A stretch of DNA of 13,116 nt from a candidate division WOR-3 bacterium. GTDB lineage: Bacteria; Hydrothermota; Hydrothermia; JBDRYB01. The notes under the pieces are model-generated. The model searched no databases and was not told the DNA's origin. It saw only the letters and a list, made by a program, of their open reading frames with translations. A program made the position numbers and the translations under genes. The DNA lies in the NCBI GenBank assembly GCA_039803205.1, contig JBDRYB010000038.1, positions 1-13,116 on the forward strand. The letters are read 5' to 3'. This document shows positions 8,632 to 13,116 of the stretch, in pieces. Numbering within the stretch: the first letter of the stretch is position 1; each line of letters opens with the position of its first letter.

Positions 8632-9411
8632 CTATTCCACGATTATCCGCTCGGTGAAAGCCTTGTTCCCCATCTCGGCCCTGAGGATGTAGGCCCCCCT
8701 GGGCAGGGATGAAGTTATCGTTATGATGTGGGTTCCGGCCCGGAGGTATTCCTCAAGCCTGAAGACATTTCTCCCGAGCATATCTGTGAGCACGAGGCTG
8801 GTTCGCGAGTCCTCTGGGACCCGGAGCCTGATGTTCAGCGGCCCGCTACCTGGGTTCGGATAGACGGAGAGGGTCGCCTCAGGGATGGGCTCGCCCTCTT
8901 CAACAGCGTAATAAACCTCAGCAACAGCCCTTATCAGAAAGTCCCCCGGAAAGCCATCGTCCTGGTGCCAGAGAACCCCATCATACCACCAATTGTAACC
9001 ATCAAGGAAGGTGTCGTGCCAGTTGAAGTATACCGTGTCTCCACGCTGATCCTCTGATGACCAGCCAGGATATATCCAGCCTTTGTTCACGGTTATGTTT
9101 TGCCCAGAGATGTTTATGTAGTTCCAGGAATCGTATGAGGGGTTTATTACGCCCTCAGCGAGAAGGGTGCCCGGATTCCCACCGTCGTCATCATCCCAAA
9201 GGCAATAGTGGAGCTTGGGATTCAGCCCATTGGGGTTTGCTGGATAAAATAGGAGCCCCAGAACCCACGCGGAGTCAGGCACAGGCAGGGAAACCGCTTC
9301 TCGCCATTCCGAGAAATCGTTCCCACCCCAGTTATACGGGGTTCCATCATCAACCCTCAGGGTTTCGGTCTCCTGGGGGAAGAGAAGAAGTATCGGTAAA
9401 AGGTTTATCAT
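8632..9411 (-). CDS. Secreted protein with T9SS type A sorting domain (259 aa)
   Basis: Likely start [11 protein letters not shown] at 9411 (hydrophobic signal, GGAG just upstream). Canonical CTD: AVEE...LSVYPNP...TDMLGRNV...GAYILR...IIVE. Confidence 0.85.
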   Translation of the reverse strand: MINLLPILLLFPQETETLRVDDGTPYNWGGNDFSEWREAVSLPVPDSAWVLGLLFYPANPNGLNPKLHYCLWDDDDGGNPGTLLAEGVINPSYDSWNYINISGQNITVNKGWIYPGWSSEDQRGDTVYFNWHDTFLDGYNWWYDGVLWHQDDGFPGDFLIRAVAEVYYAVEEGEPIPEATLSVYPNPGSGPLNIRLRVPEDSRTSLVLTDMLGRNVFRLEEYLRAGTHIITITSSLPRGAYILRAEMGNKAFTERIIVE

Positions 9412-9637
9412 GCTCCGCAAACTGTGCCTTAAAGCGCTGAACCTCGTCAGCGAAGACCTTGATGAGTATCCCGAGGACAACAGCGTCATCTGTTATCCCG
9501 ACCAAGGGCGCGAGGTCAGATATGAGATCAAAGGGCAGAATGAAGTATAGGAGAGAGAAAATGAGGACGAAGTAGAGCCTCTTGCGGGGCCTGTATCTTC
9601 CCCTGAGCCAGGCCGAGATCATCCCAAAGAAGGCCAT
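9350..9637 (-). CDS. YkvA / DUF1232 family small membrane protein
   Basis: Motif LLYFILPFDLISD..PLVG.TDDAVV. ATG at 9637 has AGGGAG upstream. Overlaps the next gene's start. Confidence 0.85.
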   Translation of the reverse strand: MAFFGMISAWLRGRYRPRKRLYFVLIFSLLYFILPFDLISDLAPLVGITDDAVVLGILIKVFADEVQRFKAQFAEHDKPFTDTSSLPPGDRNPEG

Positions 9638-9692
9638 TATGTTCTCCCTCGCTCTGCTGGTTCGGTTCCCTTTTTCTTCCAAACGCCCCCAT

Positions 9693-9701
9693 ATTATAAC
9701 A
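9693..9701 (-). promoter_or_regulatory. Extended -10 promoter (TGTTATAAT) for the ykvA-like / CTD protein / glyQ unit
   Basis: Reverse complement of attataaca matches TGnTATAAT. Confidence 0.55.
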
Positions 9702-9740
9702 CCCCTGAGCCTGCCGGTGCATCCTCTTGCACTTTGGCCT

Positions 9741-9746
9741 TATAAT
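9741..9746 (+). promoter_or_regulatory. Putative -10 (TATAAT) for pckA
   Basis: Perfect hexamer 30 nt upstream of the ATG; RBS GAAGGAG at 9762-9768; no good -35. Confidence 0.45.
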
Positions 9747-9776
9747 ATTCAAGCTAGCCTTGAAGGAGAGATTTCA

Positions 9777-11420
9777 ATGGATTTCTGGAAAAACCTTAAC
9801 ACCCTCTTGGAGAGGCATCCGAACACCCTTTTTAACCCGCCCAGGCCCGATCTCATCAGGATGGCGGTTGAGAACAAAGAGGCGATAGTCTCGGCAAACG
9901 GCGCGCTCGCTACATGGACCCCGAAGGAATCCACGGGCAGAAGCCCTCAGGACACATACATGGTTCGGCGCCCTCAGAGCGAGAAAAACATAGACTGGGA
10001 CTCCCCGAACTGCATCCCCATGGAGCCGAGCACCTTTGAGATGCTCTGGGAGGACGCGCTGAAGACCCTTTCAGAAAAGCCGAGGCTCTACATAATGGAT
10101 AGGGCGCTCTCTGCTGATCCCTCCTATGCCCTCAAGCTCAAGGTCGTCACGGACAGGGCCCTCCACGCGCTCTTCTCATGGAACATGTTCAGGGAGCTTC
10201 CCCCCGGAGCAGAGAAGAGCGTTTTCGCTGACAGGGAGTTCATCCTTCTCGTTTTGCCATATAACAAGCTGGACAGGGCCAGATACGAGGGAAGGCTCAG
10301 AAGGCTCCCTGATGGCAGGACATCGGATATGGCCGTGGCCATGGATTTTGATAACATGCTTGGGGTTGTCTATGGCTCAGCTTACTGCGGTTCCATAAAA
10401 AAGACCATGTTCACGGTGATGAACTACCTTCTCCCTGAGGTCGGCATCCTCCCGATTCACTGCGCGGCAAACGAGGGACCCGCTGGGGATTGCGCCTTGT
10501 TCCTCGGTCTTTCTGGAACCGGAAAGACATCGCTTTCGGCCGATCCGTCAAGGGCGCTTCTAGGAGATGACGAGCACGGCTGGTCAGACAACGGGATAGC
10601 GAACTTTGAGAACGGTTGCTACGCGAAGCTCATAAACCTCAGGCAGGACAAGGAGCCTGACATCTGGAACGCGGTTCTCCACGAGGACCATTACCTGAAC
10701 CACGGCGCTATTGTTGAGAACGCCATGATCTATCCCGATGGGCGCTTTGACCTTGACGACGACAGGTTCACACCGAACTCAAGGGCATCGTATCCCCTTT
10801 ATTTCCTCAGGAACATAAAGGATCCTCCCGTATCAGGCCATCCGAAGACCATATTGTTTCTGGCCGCTGATGCTAATGGCGTCCTGCCGCCAATAGCAAG
10901 ACTGAACGAGAAGCAGGCCATGCTTTGGTTCCTCATGGGCTACACAAGCAAGCTCGCTGGCACTGAAACCGGCATAATTGACCCTGTTTTCACATTCTCC
11001 AGGTTCTTCGGAGCGCCCTTCATGCCCCGCAACCCATCGGATTACACCACCCTCCTTGAGGAGAAGATAAGGAAGCACGGCTCAAGGGTCTACCTAGTTA
11101 ACACGGGCTGGTCCGGCGGGCCATTCGGGGTAGGCAAGCGAATAGACATAACCCTGACCAGGAGAATGGTTTCTGCGGCCCTCTCCGGCGAGCTTGAAAA
11201 TGTTCCCTACAAAGAGGACCCCCTCTTCCACCTCCAGATCCCGACCGAGTGCCCGGGCGTTCCCTCTGAGATACTCTTCCCGAAGAACACCTGGCCCAAC
11301 AAGGACGGGTTTGACGAGATGGCCCGTAAGCTCGCCGCGGAGTTCTCAAAGGCGTTTGACAAGTCGTTTGGAGGAAAGGTCACTGACCCAGATGTCGTGA
11401 GCCAGTGCCCTGGCAAGTGA
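9777..11420 (+). CDS. pckA: Phosphoenolpyruvate carboxykinase (ATP)
   Basis: TGRSP, Y.GSIKK, HCAAN, P-loop GLSGTGKT, GDDEHGW, NFENGCYAK, GVLPPI, YLVNTGW. ATG at 9777 follows GAAGGAG. Confidence 0.97.
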   Translation: MDFWKNLNTLLERHPNTLFNPPRPDLIRMAVENKEAIVSANGALATWTPKESTGRSPQDTYMVRRPQSEKNIDWDSPNCIPMEPSTFEMLWEDALKTLSEKPRLYIMDRALSADPSYALKLKVVTDRALHALFSWNMFRELPPGAEKSVFADREFILLVLPYNKLDRARYEGRLRRLPDGRTSDMAVAMDFDNMLGVVYGSAYCGSIKKTMFTVMNYLLPEVGILPIHCAANEGPAGDCALFLGLSGTGKTSLSADPSRALLGDDEHGWSDNGIANFENGCYAKLINLRQDKEPDIWNAVLHEDHYLNHGAIVENAMIYPDGRFDLDDDRFTPNSRASYPLYFLRNIKDPPVSGHPKTILFLAADANGVLPPIARLNEKQAMLWFLMGYTSKLAGTETGIIDPVFTFSRFFGAPFMPRNPSDYTTLLEEKIRKHGSRVYLVNTGWSGGPFGVGKRIDITLTRRMVSAALSGELENVPYKEDPLFHLQIPTECPGVPSEILFPKNTWPNKDGFDEMARKLAAEFSKAFDKSFGGKVTDPDVVSQCPGK

Positions 11421-11425
11421 GTTAC

Positions 11426-11541
11426 CCGGTCCCCAAAGATCACGGGCCTAATTGACTGTGTAGGTGCGGATTTCCTCTGCGCCTCCCAAGTAGGCCCTTT
11501 AGTCCGGTCGCGGCCGAATACGGCCCCCTGGCCTCAGGGGC
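11426..11541. other. Structured intergenic segment (long imperfect hairpin plus two short hairpins); possible ncRNA or terminator region
   Basis: GGGCCTA/TAGGCCC, AGGTGCGGA/TCTGCGCCT, GGCCG-AATA-CGGCC, CCCCTG-GCCT-CAGGGG. Confidence 0.4.
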
Positions 11542-11665
11542 AAAATTATAAAATCCTCTTGAGTCAAGTATTTCCCGGTTCCCTGCCGGAGCTTGACAGG
11601 GTTTTATTGGGGATTAAGAGATCGCAAGAGCGCTAATCCGCACCGGGCCTAAAAAAGATTCGCGC

Positions 11666-11708
11666 TTGACTCTCTCTCTCTCTGGACTTTACAATTTGCG
11701 CCGGAGGT
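11666..11708 (+). promoter_or_regulatory. Sigma70-like promoter TTGACT-N18-TACAAT with (CT)7 tract, and RBS GGAGGT
   Basis: -35 at 11666-11671, -10 at 11690-11695, (CT)7 at 11670-11683, RBS at 11703-11708. Confidence 0.7.
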
Positions 11709-11712
11709 TTTC

Positions 11713-13032
11713 ATGGGACTGAAGCAGTCAAGATACAACTTCTTCTTTGATGGGGACGGAGGGGCCAAGCTCGCTTTCAACTCCATGACAGCGGCCCTGG
11801 CAGAGATAGAGCCAGATAAGTGGCCCATAATACAGAAACTTCTGGACGATCCGAACAGAGCGCCCCTGAACGAGACCGAAAAGGAGCTCCTTGAACAGCT
11901 CAAATACGGAGGGTTCCTCATAGACGAGGACTTTGATGAGATAGCCTACCTCAAGGTCATGAACAGGATGGCAAGGTTCTCAAGGGACAGCCTGGGCCTG
12001 ACAATATGCCCTACCCTAAACTGCAACTTCAGGTGCTTCTACTGCTACGAGACACACCCTCAGGGGGTCATGTCAAAAGAGGTTCAGGATAAGCTGGTTG
12101 AGTTTGCTAAGGAAAGGCTCGAAGGATCTAAGAGCTTTCAGGTAACCTGGTATGGCGGTGAGCCCCTCCTTGCCTTTGATGTGATTGAGAACCTCTCGGA
12201 GAGGTTCATTGAGTATTGCGACGAAAAGGGCATTGATTACTCTGCCTTCATCGTTACCAACGGCTATCTTCTCACCCCGGACAAGGCCAAGCGCCTCGCG
12301 GATCTCAGGGTCTCAGGGGCCCAGATAACCCTTGATGGCCCTCCTGAGGTTCACGACAAGCGCCGTGTCCTGGCCAACGGGGGGCCGACATTCTGGAGGA
12401 TTATGGAGAACCTGAAATCCGCTCTGGGGTTTATTCCGAACATAACCATAAGGATAAATGTGGACAGGGAGAACAGGGACAGGGCTTTGGAACTTCTGGA
12501 TGTGCTGGAGAGGGAGGGATTAAAGGATAGATTGATAGTTTCAATCGGAAGAGTACATCGTATAAGTAACGTATGCAACGATATGGTAGAAGAGATCTCC
12601 TACAACAAGGAGGAGTATAGAGAAATACTTTTAGAGTTGCGGGAGGAAGGTTACAAAAGAGGGTTTGGACTCTGGCAAAGACCAAAGTCAAGGGATGTTT
12701 TTTGCGCGGCAGAGAGAATCAATTTCTTTTTGGTAGACTGTGAGGGGCGTTTGTTCAAGTGCTGGACAGAGATAGATGATAACAAACCCGTAGGCAATGT
12801 CTGGCCGGAGCGAAAGCGGGATTTCTCCAGGGAAAGCAAGTGGCTATTGCATGAACCTTTTGAAAACCCGACTTGTTTGGGGTGCAGATTGCTACCAATA
12901 TGTATGGGGGGATGCCCTTACCAAGCTATGAGGGATCAAAAGCTGCCCTGCGAATACACCGGCTCTGACGAGTTGCAAAAGCATCTGGTCATGAGTTATT
13001 CTAGCCGGCATGGTTGGTGTCCGGAGCTATAA
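11713..13032 (+). CDS. Radical SAM / SPASM domain protein, probable peptide maturase
   Basis: CNFRCFYC (CX3CX2C), WYGGEP, TNG, QITLDG. SPASM C-x13-G-x4-C ... CxxC-x5-C-x3-C ... C. N-terminal SRYN...GGFLI extension typical of the RRE-like domain of peptide maturases. Confidence 0.92.
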   Translation: MGLKQSRYNFFFDGDGGAKLAFNSMTAALAEIEPDKWPIIQKLLDDPNRAPLNETEKELLEQLKYGGFLIDEDFDEIAYLKVMNRMARFSRDSLGLTICPTLNCNFRCFYCYETHPQGVMSKEVQDKLVEFAKERLEGSKSFQVTWYGGEPLLAFDVIENLSERFIEYCDEKGIDYSAFIVTNGYLLTPDKAKRLADLRVSGAQITLDGPPEVHDKRRVLANGGPTFWRIMENLKSALGFIPNITIRINVDRENRDRALELLDVLEREGLKDRLIVSIGRVHRISNVCNDMVEEISYNKEEYREILLELREEGYKRGFGLWQRPKSRDVFCAAERINFFLVDCEGRLFKCWTEIDDNKPVGNVWPERKRDFSRESKWLLHEPFENPTCLGCRLLPICMGGCPYQAMRDQKLPCEYTGSDELQKHLVMSYSSRHGWCPEL

Positions 13033-13049
13033 CAACAAGGAGGTGAACT

Positions 13050-13116
13050 ATGAGATACATATGGAAGCCAACCGAGGAACACGCTGAGTCGTGTTGGGAT
13101 ATCTGCCCAACCAAGT
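13050..13116 (+). CDS. Candidate Cys-containing RiPP precursor peptide (3'-truncated): MRYIWKPTEEHAESCWDICPTK...
   Basis: Strong RBS AAGGAGGTGA at 13037-13046; starts 17 nt after the rSAM stop; open to the window end; CxxxC. Confidence 0.7.
   Translation, partial: MRYIWKPTEEHAESCWDICPTK

Noticed and set aside
9412..9776. Upstream extensions of ORFs 8632..9489, 9350..9682 and 9582..11420
   Set aside because: They overlap neighbouring genes or promoters; the internal ATGs (9411, 9637, 9777) have RBSs and fit the families better.
11500..11529. Minus-strand GGGGGCCGTATTCGGCCGCGACCGGA resembling a tmRNA 5' end
   Set aside because: No T-arm or CCA 3' end was found, and a full tmRNA would run deep into pckA.
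179..12839. Short antisense and alternate-frame ORFs in the track (e.g. 179..364, 2170..2355, 4554..4958, 9057..9440, 11649..11921)
   Set aside because: They shadow well-supported genes and show no recognisable motifs; the duplicated ones simply reflect the DNA repeats.

Overview
Bacterial window with three parts. (1) 1-7785 is a tandem array of five same-strand genes for secreted beta-propeller proteins with T9SS-type C-terminal sorting domains. Three are FG-GAP/VCBS paralogues (one cut by the window edge) whose 5' and 3' ends are nearly identical in DNA while the central seven-blade propeller is highly diverged. A conserved ~120-150 bp intergenic module (hairpin + U-tract, 11-bp direct repeat, TATAAT) occurs three times between them. 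The array looks like a recombination-driven system of constant frames and variable cores. (2) 7763-11420 is mostly housekeeping: glyQ, another T9SS-type secreted protein, a YkvA/DUF1232 gene and a divergent pckA. (3) 11421-13116 holds a structured intergenic region, a promoter with a (CT)7 tract in its spacer, a radical SAM/SPASM maturase and the start of an unannotated Cys-containing candidate RiPP precursor cut by the window end. The many CTD proteins with very short signal peptides suggest an FCB-related lineage such as WOR-3; this is inference only.
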